DNA from: Oscillospiraceae bacterium
GTDB lineage: Bacteria; Bacillota; Clostridia; Oscillospirales; UBA929
DNA: 57,250 nucleotides
Direction of reading: 5' to 3'
Assembly: GCA_009777255.1 (NCBI GenBank)
Contig: WRMG01000004.1
Span: 1 to 57,250, forward strand
A program made the translations under genes and the position numbers. Each line of letters opens with the position of its first letter. Within the stretch, counting starts at the first letter, position 1. Positions 8,437-19,467 of the stretch are shown piece after piece. The notes under the pieces were generated by a model. It saw only the letters and a list, made by a program, of their open reading frames with translations. It was not told where the DNA came from and ran no database searches.

Positions 8437-8837
8437 AAAACCATGAGCTGATTGAGATGGCCAAAGCTATGCTGTCAAAAGCATATGTGCCATACTCAAA
8501 ATTCCCTGTCGGCGCCGCGATTTTATGCGAGGACGGGACAATCTACACCGGATGCAACATAGAAAACGCGGCCTATGGGCCGACAATCTGCGCGGAACGC
8601 GCGGCGCTGTGCAGAGCTGTATGCGACGGAAATCTCAAAATCGAGAAAGTAGCGGTCGTTGCCGAAACAGAGGACTATTGCTACCCCTGCGGCGTATGCC
8701 GCCAGACGCTCTATGAATTTAACCCCCGCATGAAGATCATATGCGGCCGTCATGACGGCACAATAAAGGAACATACACTTGACGAACTGCTGCCCTGCGC
8801 CTTTGGACCGGTATCGCTGAACGACAAGCTGAGCTGA
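8433..8837 (+). CDS. cdd: Cytidine deaminase
   Basis: AYVPYSKFPVGAA, GCNIENA, CAER, PCGVCRQ; TTG start at 8433 after GGAGGT. Confidence 0.95.
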   Translation: MKNHELIEMAKAMLSKAYVPYSKFPVGAAILCEDGTIYTGCNIENAAYGPTICAERAALCRAVCDGNLKIEKVAVVAETEDYCYPCGVCRQTLYEFNPRMKIICGRHDGTIKEHTLDELLPCAFGPVSLNDKLS

Positions 8838-9159
8838 TAAAAAAGCTCCGCGCCGAAGGGCGGCCGCCCTCATTTTTACGCCAATTCTGCGAATCAAGTT
8901 AAGTAGAGAACTAACAAACAAATGGAATACTAAATAATTCTCATATATTAACAATATTCTACAAAATGAGAATAAATTCGATGTAATATCCCGCGGCAAT
9001 CCTATCACTTGAACGCGAAACACAAGATATAGAAAAGACACGAAGAAAAACCACTGCAAATTGAAAATAACACTACTGTAGTAAACTAACAAACACAAAT
9101 CCCGCTTCAACGCGAAATGAGAAATCATGAGAAACAAAAACCCTTTTGTTAAAAAATTC

Positions 9160-9188
9160 TTGCAAAATCCAAAAAAATTTGTTATCAT
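9160..9188 (+). promoter_or_regulatory. sigmaA promoter of rsmE
   Basis: TTGCAA-17-TG-n-TATCAT. Confidence 0.6.
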
Positions 9189-9206
9189 ACTCAGAGAGGT
9201 ATCGCC

Positions 9207-9923
9207 ATGCAGCATTTGAGGAGATTTTTCTGGAGCGGAGAAGCCCATAACGGCACGGTTTTATTGACCGGATCCGAGGCGCGGCATATTTCCAAGGTGC
9301 TGCGTATAGAGATAGGTCAAAGCGTTGTCATGTGCGACGGCCAATGCGGCGATTATCAGGCCGTTGTGGAACAAATTGGCAATAACGGCGTCAAACTGAG
9401 AATAGGGGAGCGTACCGCGTCGGAAAACGAACCCGCGCTCAACGCGGCTCTCTTTCTGGCCTACACCAAGGGCGAGCACCTCGACTTCGCGGTGCAGAAG
9501 TCGGTGGAGCTGGGCGCCGGCGAGATACACCTTTTCACAAGCGAGAGATGCGTGGCGGCCGGCAGCGCGAACAAGCTGGAACGCCTGAACCGCATAGCGA
9601 TGGAGGCGGCGAAGCAGTCAGGCAGGGGAAAGCTGGTCAAGGTCTCGGACTCCGGCGGATTTGCGGACGCGCTGACAAAGGCCGGAGGCTTAAAGCTATT
9701 TTGCTATGAAAAGGAAAATATCTCAATTCGCGCGGCGGCCGGTGAGCTGCCGGAAAAAATCAGCATAATGTGCGGGCCGGAGGGCGGTTTTACGGAGAAT
9801 GAGGCGGCTCTCGCGGCGGCGGCGGGATGGCGTAGCGTCTCGCTGGGGAAACGGATACTGAGAGCGGAAACGGCTCCGCTGGCCGCGCTGGCCGTGCTGA
9901 TGTACCAGGCGCGGGAAATTTAG
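9207..9923 (+). CDS. rsmE: 16S rRNA m3U1498 methyltransferase
   Basis: HISKVLR, QKSVELG, EAAKQSGR, GPEGGF, SLGKRILRAETA. Confidence 0.95.
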   Translation: MQHLRRFFWSGEAHNGTVLLTGSEARHISKVLRIEIGQSVVMCDGQCGDYQAVVEQIGNNGVKLRIGERTASENEPALNAALFLAYTKGEHLDFAVQKSVELGAGEIHLFTSERCVAAGSANKLERLNRIAMEAAKQSGRGKLVKVSDSGGFADALTKAGGLKLFCYEKENISIRAAAGELPEKISIMCGPEGGFTENEAALAAAAGWRSVSLGKRILRAETAPLAALAVLMYQAREI

Positions 9924-9936
9924 GAGGACTATTGCT

Positions 9937-10701
9937 GTGAAAAGTCAAAACGAAAAAATTAACGCAAAAAAACAGGACGAGGCGACCACCAACAGAATCC
10001 TGATCGTGTTCAGCCTCAGCCTGCTGCTGCTGCTGGTTGTCATGTTCATAAGCAGATTTGTCAACTCGTTCGCTTACTACGGCGCGGTGACGTTCTGCTC
10101 GTTCGGGGCCGCCATTTTCGGCGCTGCCGGCGCGGGACTCATGGCCGCCGCTTTTGTGATACGGCAAAAAAAGCACGGCCTGTGGTTCGGGCGGCTGATG
10201 CTTCTCGGCGGAACATCGCTGGTCATGGCGGCAATGCTGCTGTTCATACGCCTCTACACCTTCAGGGCGTTCGGCATACTGTACGCGGCGATACCGATAG
10301 CGGCGTTTCTGTACATGATTTACAGCATCTATCAGCGCGACTTCTTTTTCCAGTCCATAGTCGCCGGCTGCACGGCGGTCACGCTCTACCTGTTCAGCCG
10401 CTGGCTGCACCACAGGCCGTGGCATCTCGTCGTACACGCGACATATATTCTTGCGATAGCGCTGCTGGTCGCCGCCGTACCGGTTCTGCTGGCCGCCAGA
10501 AAAAACAACGGCAAGGTGCTGAACAAAAAATTCCTGCCGCTCAACGCGAACTACAACATGATCTTTTTAACCCTCGGCCTCATGCTGCTGTCGATCGTCA
10601 CGGTGCTGGCGGCTGGCTCGGGCATCGCCTTTTGGATGATGGTCGGCGTGCTGGGCTATCTGTTCGTGCTGGCGGTCTATTACACGATAAAGCTGATGTA
10701 A
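9937..10701 (+). CDS. Hypothetical multi-pass membrane protein
   Basis: About 8 hydrophobic helices, AGGAGG RBS, host-like codon usage. Confidence 0.8.
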   Translation: MKSQNEKINAKKQDEATTNRILIVFSLSLLLLLVVMFISRFVNSFAYYGAVTFCSFGAAIFGAAGAGLMAAAFVIRQKKHGLWFGRLMLLGGTSLVMAAMLLFIRLYTFRAFGILYAAIPIAAFLYMIYSIYQRDFFFQSIVAGCTAVTLYLFSRWLHHRPWHLVVHATYILAIALLVAAVPVLLAARKNNGKVLNKKFLPLNANYNMIFLTLGLMLLSIVTVLAAGSGIAFWMMVGVLGYLFVLAVYYTIKLM

Positions 10702-11194
10702 CCCGCGCTTGCGGGACAATATTTCCAAACAGGGGATCGGCCGCCGGCCGGTCCCTTTTGCGCTGTTTTTTAATTTTTCCAACACACCCCCCACGGGCGC
10801 TTTTTATATTTTTTCTTTAGTTTATAATCTGCATTAAGGCCAACGAGTTAAAAATCGTTCGCTCTTTTCCAACCCCCTTATTTTTGCCCCCCGTCAAACC
10901 ACTGGCGGGGGGGATTTTTGTCGCCAAAATTACTCCGCCGCGATAAACAATCGCGGGGGATAAATCCCCCGCGATCTGTGACAATGAGACAAACCTTTTC
11001 TACCAAGCTGTTGTAACTAAGCTGCAAGGAAAAACAGTATACCTGTTTTTTATCCTGACCATTCGGCCTATTGCGGCCACCGGTCTGAGGACCAAGCTCA
11101 TCATCACGCTCATAGTTTGTCCGCGCTTCGATGTTTAATGCGTGCATATGTTGTCCACAATTGGAATATAGTACCAACAGAAGGCGGGATAACA

Positions 11195-11443
11195 ATGCGC
11201 GGAAAAAAACGAAACTCAGAAGAAGAAAACATACTGCTGCAAACACGCTCCCTGAAAGAACAGATCCGGCTCACGCGCCTGCAATTCGACCACACCGTCG
11301 AGCCGGAGCTTATCGAGGCGTTTGTGTTCGAGCTGAACGCGCTTCAGGCCAAGTACAACTATTTCCTGCGCCTCGCGCGCGAGCTGGAGCTGGAGCAGAC
11401 ATACGCGGAGGTCACGCGTCCGCTGGAGGTGGCTAAGAGATGA
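11195..11443 (+). CDS. YaaL/DUF2508 family protein
   Basis: FDHTVEPELIEAFVFELNALQAKYNYFLRLARE; adjacent to bofA. Confidence 0.75.
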   Translation: MRGKKRNSEEENILLQTRSLKEQIRLTRLQFDHTVEPELIEAFVFELNALQAKYNYFLRLARELELEQTYAEVTRPLEVAKR

Positions 11444-11622
11444 ACAAACCGGACAAAGCGGCAGGCGGCATATTATTAAACGCGGTTTTCGGCGTGCTGG
11501 GCCTTGCGATAGCCAACATGCTCGGGCTGGGCCTGGGCCTGACCGCGGTAAATCTGGCCGTAACGGCGGTGTTTGGCATCCCCGGGCTTGCGCTGCTGTT
11601 CGGCGTCAGGTGGCTGTTCTAG
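11440..11622 (+). CDS. bofA: Pro-sigmaK processing inhibitor BofA family protein
   Basis: LLNAVFGVLGL...VNLAVTAVFGIPG hydrophobic pattern; follows yaaL. Confidence 0.7.
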   Translation: MNKPDKAAGGILLNAVFGVLGLAIANMLGLGLGLTAVNLAVTAVFGIPGLALLFGVRWLF

Positions 11623-11645
11623 GTCACGTCTAATAATATCCGCAA

Positions 11646-11671
11646 CAGGGGCGCACCATGTGCGCCCCTGC
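11646..11671. repeat. REP-like hairpin
   Basis: CAGGGGCGCAC-CAT-GTGCGCCCCTG; related to the copy at about 32275-32300. Confidence 0.6.
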
Positions 11672-11701
11672 ATTACGTGTAATTTTCTGTGAAAAAACTT
11701 C

Positions 11702-11730
11702 TTGCAATCGAACATTTGTTTTGTTATAAT
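11702..11730 (+). promoter_or_regulatory. uvrBA promoter with a LexA (Gram-positive SOS) box in the spacer
   Basis: TTGCAA-17-TG-n-TATAAT, with GAAC-ATTT-GTTT at 11710-11721 (consensus GAAC-N4-GTTC). Confidence 0.8.
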
Positions 11731-11747
11731 ATACTGAGGTGATAATT

Positions 11748-13715
11748 TTGGCCGGGTTTCAGGTAGTAAGTGAATATAAGCCGGCGGGCGACCAGCCCAA
11801 GGCTATCGACGCGCTTGCAAGCGGCATCATAAACGGGCTGGACGAGCAGACGCTTCTGGGCGTAACGGGCTCGGGCAAGACGTTCACGATGGCCCATGTC
11901 ATCCAGCGCGTCCAAAAGCCCACGCTGGTGCTGGCCCACAACAAAACGCTGGCCGCGCAGCTGTGCGCCGAGTTCAAGGAATTTTTCCCGAACAACGCCG
12001 TAGAGTATTTCGTGTCCTATTACGACTACTATCAGCCGGAGGCGTATATCCCCCACACCGACACCTATATAGAAAAAGACGCCTCAATCAACCACGAAAT
12101 AGAGCGCCTGCGCCACTCCGCGACCTCCTCGCTGTTCGAGCGGCGGGACGTCGTCGTCGTCGCGTCGGTGTCGTGTATTTACGGGCTGGGCAACCCCAAG
12201 CAGTACAAAAAACAGACCGTTTCACTGCGCCAGGGCCAGAAGCAGGACAGGGACGAGCTGTTAAAGCGTCTGGTGGCCATACGCTACGAGCGCAACGACA
12301 TCGCGTTTGAGCGCAACATGTTCCGCGTCCGCGGCGACACGGTAGAGATTTTCCCCACATATACCAACGATTACGCCGTCCGCGTCGAGTTTTTCGGCGA
12401 CGAGATAGACCGGCTCTCCGAGATAAACGTACTCACGGGCGTGCCGCGCCGCCAGCTCTCCCACGCGGCGATATACCCCGCGACGCACTACGTGCTGGAC
12501 CGCGTAAAGATCGAGCCGAGGCTGCGCGAGATAGAGGACGAGATGCTGGAATGCGTCAAAGCGTTCGAGTCCGAGGGCAAGCTCATCGAGGCCCAGCGTA
12601 TCAAGCAGCGCACGATGTACGACCTCGAGATGATACGCGAGCTGGGGTTTTGCAGCGGCATCGAAAACTATTCGCGCGTTTTGTCGGGAAGGAAGCCCGG
12701 GGCGACTCCGTACACGCTGTTCGACTATTTCCCCGACGACTTTCTGCTGATAATCGACGAGTCGCATGTGTCCGTCCCGCAGGTGCGCGGCATGTACGCG
12801 GGCGACAGGGCGCGGAAGACCGCGCTGGTCAACTTCGGCTTCAGATTGCCGTCGGCATACGACAACCGCCCCATGAACTTTCAGGAGTTCAGCGGCAAAA
12901 TAAATCAGGTCGTATACGTCTCCGCCACGCCCGCCGAATACGAGCGCGAGCGCTCGGGGCAGATAGTGGAGCAGGTCATCCGCCCGACGGGGCTGGTGGA
13001 CCCCGAGGTGTCCGTGCGGCCTATCGAGGGGCAGATAGAAGACCTGCTGAACGAGATAAACGCGCGCGTCGAAAAAAAGGAGCGCGTTCTGGTGACGACG
13101 CTGACCAAGCGCATGGCCGAGGATTTAACCAGCTATTTGCAGGAGGCGGGCATTAAGGTGCGGTACATGCACCACGACGTGCCGACCATAGAGCGCATCG
13201 AGATAATCAGAGAGCTTAGGCTGGGCGTGTTCGACGTCCTTGTGGGCATAAACCTCCTGCGCGAGGGGCTGGACCTGCCCGAGGTAAGCCTTGTGGCGAT
13301 ACTGGACGCCGACAAAGAGGGCTTCCTGCGCAACGAGACGTCGCTTATACAGACCATCGGGCGCGCCGCGCGCAACGCGGCGGGAAATGTCGTCATGTAC
13401 GCCGACCGCGTCACCGAGTCCATGCGCCGCGCCATAGCCGAAACAAACCGCCGCCGCGAGCTGCAAATGGCGTTCAACACCGCGCACGGCATCACGCCCA
13501 AGACGATAATAAAAAGCGTCAGGGATTCGCTGGAGATCTCCAAAGAGACCGACGCCTCCGGCAGAACGCTCGACCCCAAGAGCGACAAAGAGCGCAGAGA
13601 GCTGATAGCGCGCCTCGAAAAAGAGATGAAGGAGGCGTCAAAAATGCTGGAGTTCGAGTACGCCGCGCTGTTAAGGGACCGGATAATCACATTGAGAGCG
13701 GAACAGAAAAAATAA
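11748..13715 (+). CDS. uvrB: Excinuclease ABC subunit B
   Basis: [35 protein letters not shown]-terminal UVR motif; TTG 11748 chosen from RBS spacing (GTG 11739 possible). Confidence 0.98.
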   Translation: MAGFQVVSEYKPAGDQPKAIDALASGIINGLDEQTLLGVTGSGKTFTMAHVIQRVQKPTLVLAHNKTLAAQLCAEFKEFFPNNAVEYFVSYYDYYQPEAYIPHTDTYIEKDASINHEIERLRHSATSSLFERRDVVVVASVSCIYGLGNPKQYKKQTVSLRQGQKQDRDELLKRLVAIRYERNDIAFERNMFRVRGDTVEIFPTYTNDYAVRVEFFGDEIDRLSEINVLTGVPRRQLSHAAIYPATHYVLDRVKIEPRLREIEDEMLECVKAFESEGKLIEAQRIKQRTMYDLEMIRELGFCSGIENYSRVLSGRKPGATPYTLFDYFPDDFLLIIDESHVSVPQVRGMYAGDRARKTALVNFGFRLPSAYDNRPMNFQEFSGKINQVVYVSATPAEYERERSGQIVEQVIRPTGLVDPEVSVRPIEGQIEDLLNEINARVEKKERVLVTTLTKRMAEDLTSYLQEAGIKVRYMHHDVPTIERIEIIRELRLGVFDVLVGINLLREGLDLPEVSLVAILDADKEGFLRNETSLIQTIGRAARNAAGNVVMYADRVTESMRRAIAETNRRRELQMAFNTAHGITPKTIIKSVRDSLEISKETDASGRTLDPKSDKERRELIARLEKEMKEASKMLEFEYAALLRDRIITLRAEQKK

Positions 13716-13733
13716 TTAGGGAGATAATTCTTT

Positions 13734-16550
13734 ATGCAGCAATTCATACATGTCCGCGGGGCAAGAGAGCACAACCTGAAAAACATCGACGTAAAAATCC
13801 CGCGCGACAAATTTGTCGTCCTCACGGGGCTCTCCGGCTCCGGCAAATCGTCGCTCGCGTTCGACACCATCTACGCCGAGGGCCAGCGCCGCTATGTCGA
13901 GTCGCTGTCCGCCTACGCGCGCCAGTTCCTGGGCCAGATGGAGAAGCCCGACGTTGACGGCATCGACGGCCTCTCGCCCGCCATCTCAATCGACCAGAAA
14001 ACCACCTCGCGCAACCCGCGCTCAACCGTCGGCACAATAACCGAGATTTACGACTATCTGCGGCTCCTGTGGGCAAGGGTGGGCACGCCCCACTGCCACA
14101 AATGCGGCAAAACAATACATCAGCAGAGCATCGACCAGATAATCGGGCAGATACTTGAGCTGCCCGCGCAGACACGGGTTCAGGTGCTTGCGCCCGTAGT
14201 GCGCGCGCGCAAGGGCGAGTATCAGAAGGTGTTTGACGACGCGCGGCGTTCGGGCTATGTGCGCGTGCGCGTTGACGGCATAATTTACGATCTGGGCGAG
14301 ACGATAAAGCCTGACAAAAACAAAAAACACACCATAGACGTGGTGGTGGACCGCCTGATAATAAACGACGACGTGCGCCGCCGGCTCACGGATTCGGTGG
14401 AGATAGCGTCAAATCTGGCCGGCGGGCTGGTCGTGGTAAACGTCACGGACAAAGACGAGGATTTGCTTTTCTCACAGAATTACGCCTGCGAGGACTGCGG
14501 CGTCTCGATCGAGGAGCTTACGCCGCGCATGTTCTCCTTCAACAACCCCTACGGCGCCTGCCCGAAATGCACGGGCCTGGGCGCGAAGCTGAAGGTCGAT
14601 CCCGACCGCGTTATCAACAATTCGCTGTCAATACGCGGGGGCGCCGTTCTGGCGACCGGCTGGAGCGCGGACCCGGGAACCATCGGGCGCATGTATTTTG
14701 ACGGGCTGGCCAAATACTATAAATTCAGCTTAAACACGCCTGTCCGCGACCTGCCCGAGGAGACACAGACCATCCTCCTGTTCGGCACAAAGGGCGTGAA
14801 AATACCGCTCTCCTACAACAACGAATACCGCAAGGGCACATATAATCAGCCGTTCGAGGGCATTGTCAACAACCTCGAGCGGCGCTACAGGGACACGCAG
14901 TCCGAGGCGTCGCGCCGCGACATAGAGGAGTACATGTCGCCGGTGCCGTGCCCCGAGTGCAAGGGCCTGCGCCTGAAAAAGGAGAGCCTTGCCGTCAGGA
15001 TCGGCGGCCTGAACATAGCGGACTACACGGCGTTTTCCATCACCGAAGCGCTGCGGTTTATGGACACCGTCGAGTTTACGCATCAGCAGTCGCTCATCGC
15101 CGACCGCATACTCAAAGAGATACGCGAGCGCTTAGGCTTCCTCCGCAGCGTCGGGCTTGAATATCTCACACTTTCGCGGCAGTCGGGCTCGCTGTCGGGC
15201 GGCGAAAGCCAGCGTATCAGGCTGGCCACACAGATCGGCTCGTCGCTGATGGGCGTGCTGTATATACTCGACGAGCCGTCGATCGGGCTGCACCAGCGCG
15301 ATAACGCGCGCCTGCTGGCAACGCTGAAACGCCTGCGCGACCTGGGAAACACCCTCCTCGTCGTCGAACACGACGAGGACACAATGCGCGACGCCGACTA
15401 TATAATCGACGTGGGCCCGGGCGCCGGCATACACGGCGGGCACATCGTCGCCGAGGGCACGCTCGAGAGCATATGCGGCTGCGCGGAGAGCGTTACGGGC
15501 CAGTATCTCTCGGGCAAAATGCAGATACCGCTGCCGCGGAAACGCCGCGGCGGCAGCGGCAAAACGCTGGTCGTCCGCGGCGCCAGAGAAAACAACCTCA
15601 AAAACATCGACGTGACCGTGCCGCTGGGCAGATTCGTGTGCGTAACCGGCGTGTCCGGTTCGGGCAAATCCAGCTTTGTCAGCGAGATTCTGCACAAATC
15701 GCTGGCCCGCGAGCTGGGCCGCGCAAGGACTCGCCCGGGCGCGTTTGACACGATCGAGGGGCTGGAATATCTGGACAAGGTCATCGACATCGACCAGTCG
15801 CCGATAGGGCGCACACCGCGCTCAAACCCCGCGACATACACGGGGCTTTTCGGCGAAATCCGCGACCTTTTCGCGCAGACATTGGACTCTAAAATGCGCG
15901 GCTACGGGCCGGGCCGCTTCTCGTTCAACGTGCGCGGAGGACGGTGCGAAGCCTGCTCCGGCGACGGTTTGATAAAGATAGAGATGCACTTCCTGCCGGA
16001 CATTTACGTCCCGTGCGACGTGTGCAAGGGCAAGCGCTACAACCGCGAAACGCTTGAAGTGCGCTTTAAGGACAAAAACATCCACGAGGTTCTGGATATG
16101 ACCTGCGAGGAGGCGCTGGCGTTCTTCGACAGCGTGCCGCGCATAAAGCGCAAGCTGGAAACGCTGTACGACGTAGGGCTGGGCTATGTGCGGCTGGGAC
16201 AGTCCTCCACAACGCTTTCAGGGGGCGAGGCGCAGCGCGTAAAGCTTGCGACAGAGCTGTCAAAGCGCAGCACGGGGTCTACTATTTATATACTTGACGA
16301 GCCAACTACAGGACTACATGTCGCCGACGTCCATAAGCTGATAGAGGTGTTGGACAAGCTGGTGGAATCGGGAAATACCGTGCTGGTAATCGAGCATAAT
16401 CTTGACGTTATCAAAACCGCCGACTATATAATTGACTTGGGGCCGGAGGGCGGCGAAAAGGGCGGGCTGATCGTCGCGGAGGGAACGCCGGAGGAGGTCG
16501 TGAAGAACAAAGCGTCGTATACCGGGCAATATCTGAGGAAGGTGCTGTGA
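13734..16550 (+). CDS. uvrA: Excinuclease ABC subunit A
   Basis: GAREHNLKN, two GxSGSGKS Walker A motifs, zinc fingers, LSGGESQR and LSGGEAQR. Confidence 0.99.
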   Translation: MQQFIHVRGAREHNLKNIDVKIPRDKFVVLTGLSGSGKSSLAFDTIYAEGQRRYVESLSAYARQFLGQMEKPDVDGIDGLSPAISIDQKTTSRNPRSTVGTITEIYDYLRLLWARVGTPHCHKCGKTIHQQSIDQIIGQILELPAQTRVQVLAPVVRARKGEYQKVFDDARRSGYVRVRVDGIIYDLGETIKPDKNKKHTIDVVVDRLIINDDVRRRLTDSVEIASNLAGGLVVVNVTDKDEDLLFSQNYACEDCGVSIEELTPRMFSFNNPYGACPKCTGLGAKLKVDPDRVINNSLSIRGGAVLATGWSADPGTIGRMYFDGLAKYYKFSLNTPVRDLPEETQTILLFGTKGVKIPLSYNNEYRKGTYNQPFEGIVNNLERRYRDTQSEASRRDIEEYMSPVPCPECKGLRLKKESLAVRIGGLNIADYTAFSITEALRFMDTVEFTHQQSLIADRILKEIRERLGFLRSVGLEYLTLSRQSGSLSGGESQRIRLATQIGSSLMGVLYILDEPSIGLHQRDNARLLATLKRLRDLGNTLLVVEHDEDTMRDADYIIDVGPGAGIHGGHIVAEGTLESICGCAESVTGQYLSGKMQIPLPRKRRGGSGKTLVVRGARENNLKNIDVTVPLGRFVCVTGVSGSGKSSFVSEILHKSLARELGRARTRPGAFDTIEGLEYLDKVIDIDQSPIGRTPRSNPATYTGLFGEIRDLFAQTLDSKMRGYGPGRFSFNVRGGRCEACSGDGLIKIEMHFLPDIYVPCDVCKGKRYNRETLEVRFKDKNIHEVLDMTCEEALAFFDSVPRIKRKLETLYDVGLGYVRLGQSSTTLSGGEAQRVKLATELSKRSTGSTIYILDEPTTGLHVADVHKLIEVLDKLVESGNTVLVIEHNLDVIKTADYIIDLGPEGGEKGGLIVAEGTPEEVVKNKASYTGQYLRKVL

Positions 16551-16678
16551 ATGATATTTTGATTAAATGATCATTTTATGCCCGAAAAAAGTGATGTCAC
16601 CTGACTGCATAAAGACAGTATACATATATATAAAATACTGGTAGTATTGATGTAAAGTATATATAGGTGAGGTATATT

Positions 16679-16861
16679 ATGGCGACCAAAAAAAGGGTGT
16701 TCACGCTGAGGCTTGAGGACGAGGTTTTTGACAAAATCGGAATACTGGCGACAAGGGCGCATCGCTCGATGACGAACTATATTGAGTTTGTGCTGATGGA
16801 GCATATCCAAAATTATGAGGCCACCGAGGGGGCAATATGGGATCCCCGTGACGGCGGCTAA
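16679..16861 (+). CDS. Arc-like ribbon-helix-helix DNA-binding protein
   Basis: MATKKRVFTLRLEDEVFDKIGILATRAHRSMTNYIEFVL; GAGGT RBS. Confidence 0.75.
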   Translation: MATKKRVFTLRLEDEVFDKIGILATRAHRSMTNYIEFVLMEHIQNYEATEGAIWDPRDGG

Positions 16862-16876
16862 AGGGGAGAAATCACT

Positions 16877-17518
16877 GTGGACGCTTGGAAATCAGGCTAT
16901 TCGGACGATTTCAGCGCCGGTCCCCAAACGCTGCGGAGGCTGTTTGAGCAGCAGAATTACGGAGATGTATACAGCGCGCTGAAGCTGATACTCGACAAAG
17001 CGCCTAAGTTTTTGCAGGAGTATTACAGTCTTGTGCCCATCTATGAGGACGGGCTTGATTTTGTTGATTTCGCGTATGATATTATTACTCCGCACAAGAG
17101 AAAAATCCCAGGCGAACGCTATATGCGCTGGGATATTTGCCTTATAACCCTGAAGCTGGAGATGCTGGACAAGCTGGGGCGGTGGGAGGAATACCGCGAT
17201 TATTTCAATAAGATTTACAGCCTGCACCCCGAGTATCAGGGGAGATACGCGAAAACCGCCGTGCATCTTACATACGCGCGCGCGCATCCGTATATGATAA
17301 GCGCGGACGGCGATTATTATAACGTGCATTTTCTGTATCTGCTGCTGCCGCGGTATGAGGCGATAAACAGGTATCTGAAGGCGCGCAGGAAGGGCGTTAT
17401 AAAGCGCAGGCCGCCCGATACGGACAGCCTGACCATGAGCCGCAATTATAATCTTTTGGCGGAGCGGCTGGGTATGCTGCTGAAGCTGGACGGCAGTATT
17501 ATGCGGTTGTATCAGTAG
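16877..17518 (+). CDS. Hypothetical protein
   Basis: 213-aa ORF with GGGGAG RBS directly after the RHH gene; no family recognised. Confidence 0.65.
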   Translation: MDAWKSGYSDDFSAGPQTLRRLFEQQNYGDVYSALKLILDKAPKFLQEYYSLVPIYEDGLDFVDFAYDIITPHKRKIPGERYMRWDICLITLKLEMLDKLGRWEEYRDYFNKIYSLHPEYQGRYAKTAVHLTYARAHPYMISADGDYYNVHFLYLLLPRYEAINRYLKARRKGVIKRRPPDTDSLTMSRNYNLLAERLGMLLKLDGSIMRLYQ

Positions 17519-18258
17519 CCCTCGCGGCTCATGAACACGTTTAACTCGGCGCAAAGCATGATGATAAAGCTGATGGCGTACATCCAAACGGCGGCGGACA
17601 AAAACGCGCTGACACCGCTGTAGAGCGGGTTTATTCTTAAAAACAGCGCCGAGAATTTTCCGAACGCGAAGTTAAGCAGCAGCCAGAGAAATGTGGCGGC
17701 CGCCGCGCCGAGGACGCGGATTCTGTTTATGTGGCGGCAGCCGGGCGTAAAGGTGTAAAGCGACGCGATAAACAGGAAAATAACGCACGCGGCGCCGACG
17801 CGGCCCGCGAGCGCGACATGGACGATTGTGCCTCTGGCGAGGATGGAGATGGCGATGGGGACGGCTGTCGCCAGCGCCAGACCGAGCGTGAACACAAGCG
17901 CGAGCCCGCGCGTGCGGATGTTCAGCTTGAGGCGCTTGCCGTCGTTGACGGCCTTGTGTATGCCGCGCATCAGCGCCCATACGGCGCTTGAGGCCGACCA
18001 TGTCGCCACGATAAGCGGGATTACCAGAACGGTTCGGCTTGACCGTTCGGGCAGCTGTTCGATGAGCGTGAGGACAACCTCGGGGAGGACGAGCGACAGC
18101 TCGCTTTTGCCGACGGATATGTCCATGTAGCCCAGCAGCATGATGACGAACAGCAGCAGCGGGAAGAGCGCGAACATCAGATAGAACGTCGTTTGCGCGG
18201 AGACGCCGGCGACGTCGTCCTCGTTCAGCTGTTTCATAAAAGCGATAATTTTTTTCAT
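17512..18258 (-). CDS. YihY/virulence factor BrkB family membrane protein
   Basis: SAQTTFYLMFALFPLL, WSAS, LYTFTP, YSG...W.Y...IIMLCAELN. Confidence 0.85.
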   Translation of the reverse strand: MKKIIAFMKQLNEDDVAGVSAQTTFYLMFALFPLLLFVIMLLGYMDISVGKSELSLVLPEVVLTLIEQLPERSSRTVLVIPLIVATWSASSAVWALMRGIHKAVNDGKRLKLNIRTRGLALVFTLGLALATAVPIAISILARGTIVHVALAGRVGAACVIFLFIASLYTFTPGCRHINRIRVLGAAAATFLWLLLNFAFGKFSALFLRINPLYSGVSAFLSAAVWMYAISFIIMLCAELNVFMSREGY

Positions 18259-18297
18259 AGTATATAGACTTTATTACGAAAACGGCGGTTTGTCAAT

Positions 18298-19176
18298 ATG
18301 AAATGGACAAAATTTACTGTAAAAACCACGCATGATGAGATTGACGCGGTTTGCGCGCGGCTCGCGGCGCTGGGGTATGACCAGCTGGAGATTGAGGACG
18401 CGGAGGAGATCAGGCGTTTTATAGAGAGGGAGAAGCCGTTTTGGCAGCTTGCCGACGAAGGGCTTTTGGAGAAGAGCGGCGCGAGCGTCAGCTTTTACGT
18501 TGACGGCGACGGCGGCGCGGAGGGGCTTGACGGGCTGGACTTCACGCGGGCGGTGGTTTGCGAGGAGGACTGGATTGACAACTGGAAGAGGTATTACAAG
18601 CCGATTAAAATCGGCGCGCGGATTTTGATTCAGCCGGAGTGGGAGCCGCTGGACAACCCCGAGGGCAGGGCGGTGTTCTGGTGCGACCCGGGCGTGAGCT
18701 TCGGGACCGGAACGCACGCCACGACGCGGCTGTGCCTTGAGCTTTTGGACAGGCTGGTGAAGCCGGGCGACACGGTTATAGACTTGGGGTGCGGCAGCGG
18801 CATACTGTCCGTCACAGCGCTTTTGCTGGGCGCGGGCAGCGCCTTCGCGGCGGATATTGACGGGCACGCCTGTGACATCGCGCTGCGGAACGCCGGGCGC
18901 AACGGGCTTGCGCTGACCGTTGAGCGGGGGAATCTTTTGGAGGACGCGGGGCTTTGGGAGCGCATGGGCAGCGCGGATATTGTGTGCGCGAATTTGGTGG
19001 CCGATTTGATATGCCCGCTTGCGCGGAGATTACGGGCGGCGGCGGCGGGATGTCTTATAGCCTCCGGCATACTCTCGGAGCGCGCGGGCGAGGTGGGCGC
19101 GGCGTTGGGGGGCGCGGGGTTTGAGGTGGTTGAGCGGCTGGACAGCGAGGGCTGGGCGGCGCTGAGATGTATGTAG
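18298..19176 (+). CDS. prmA: Ribosomal protein L11 methyltransferase
   Basis: EDWIDNWKRYYKP, DPGVSFGTGTHATT, DLGCGSGIL, ANLVAD. Confidence 0.93.
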   Translation: MKWTKFTVKTTHDEIDAVCARLAALGYDQLEIEDAEEIRRFIEREKPFWQLADEGLLEKSGASVSFYVDGDGGAEGLDGLDFTRAVVCEEDWIDNWKRYYKPIKIGARILIQPEWEPLDNPEGRAVFWCDPGVSFGTGTHATTRLCLELLDRLVKPGDTVIDLGCGSGILSVTALLLGAGSAFAADIDGHACDIALRNAGRNGLALTVERGNLLEDAGLWERMGSADIVCANLVADLICPLARRLRAAAAGCLIASGILSERAGEVGAALGGAGFEVVERLDSEGWAALRCM

Positions 19177-19177
19177 A

Positions 19178-19203
19178 AAGGCGCGGCAGACGCCGCGCCT
19201 TTA
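19178..19203. terminator. Bidirectional terminator
   Basis: AAAGGCGCGGC-AGAC-GCCGCGCCTTT between convergent genes. Confidence 0.75.
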
Positions 19204-19206
19204 TCA

Positions 19207-19419
19207 TCACATATCCTCAACCGTATTGTGTCTGTCGCGGAACAGCAACGATATGCACCATATTCCGGCAATGCCTACCACTGTGTAGATTACGCGGCTG
19301 AGCGCCGAACCGGCGCCGAACGTATAGTCCACAAAGTTGAAGTTGAACAGACCTACGCAAGCCCAGTTGAGCGAACCCAAAATCACCAGGATAAGAGATA
19401 CTCTATCCAAAACGTACAA
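19207..19419 (-). CDS. DUF378 family small membrane protein
   Basis: LILVILGSLNWACVGLFNFNFV...SRVIYTVVGIAG. Confidence 0.85.
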   Translation of the reverse strand: MYVLDRVSLILVILGSLNWACVGLFNFNFVDYTFGAGSALSRVIYTVVGIAGIWCISLLFRDRHNTVEDM

Positions 19420-19467
19420 CTCCTTTACTTGTTAGTACGTTTTGTATTTTGCGCAGTTTTTTGTTTC

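Noticed and set aside
8523-9248. 241-aa minus-strand ORF
   Set aside because: Overlaps cdd and rsmE antisense. Its Phe/Leu-rich composition just mirrors the A-rich plus strand, and there is no recognisable family.
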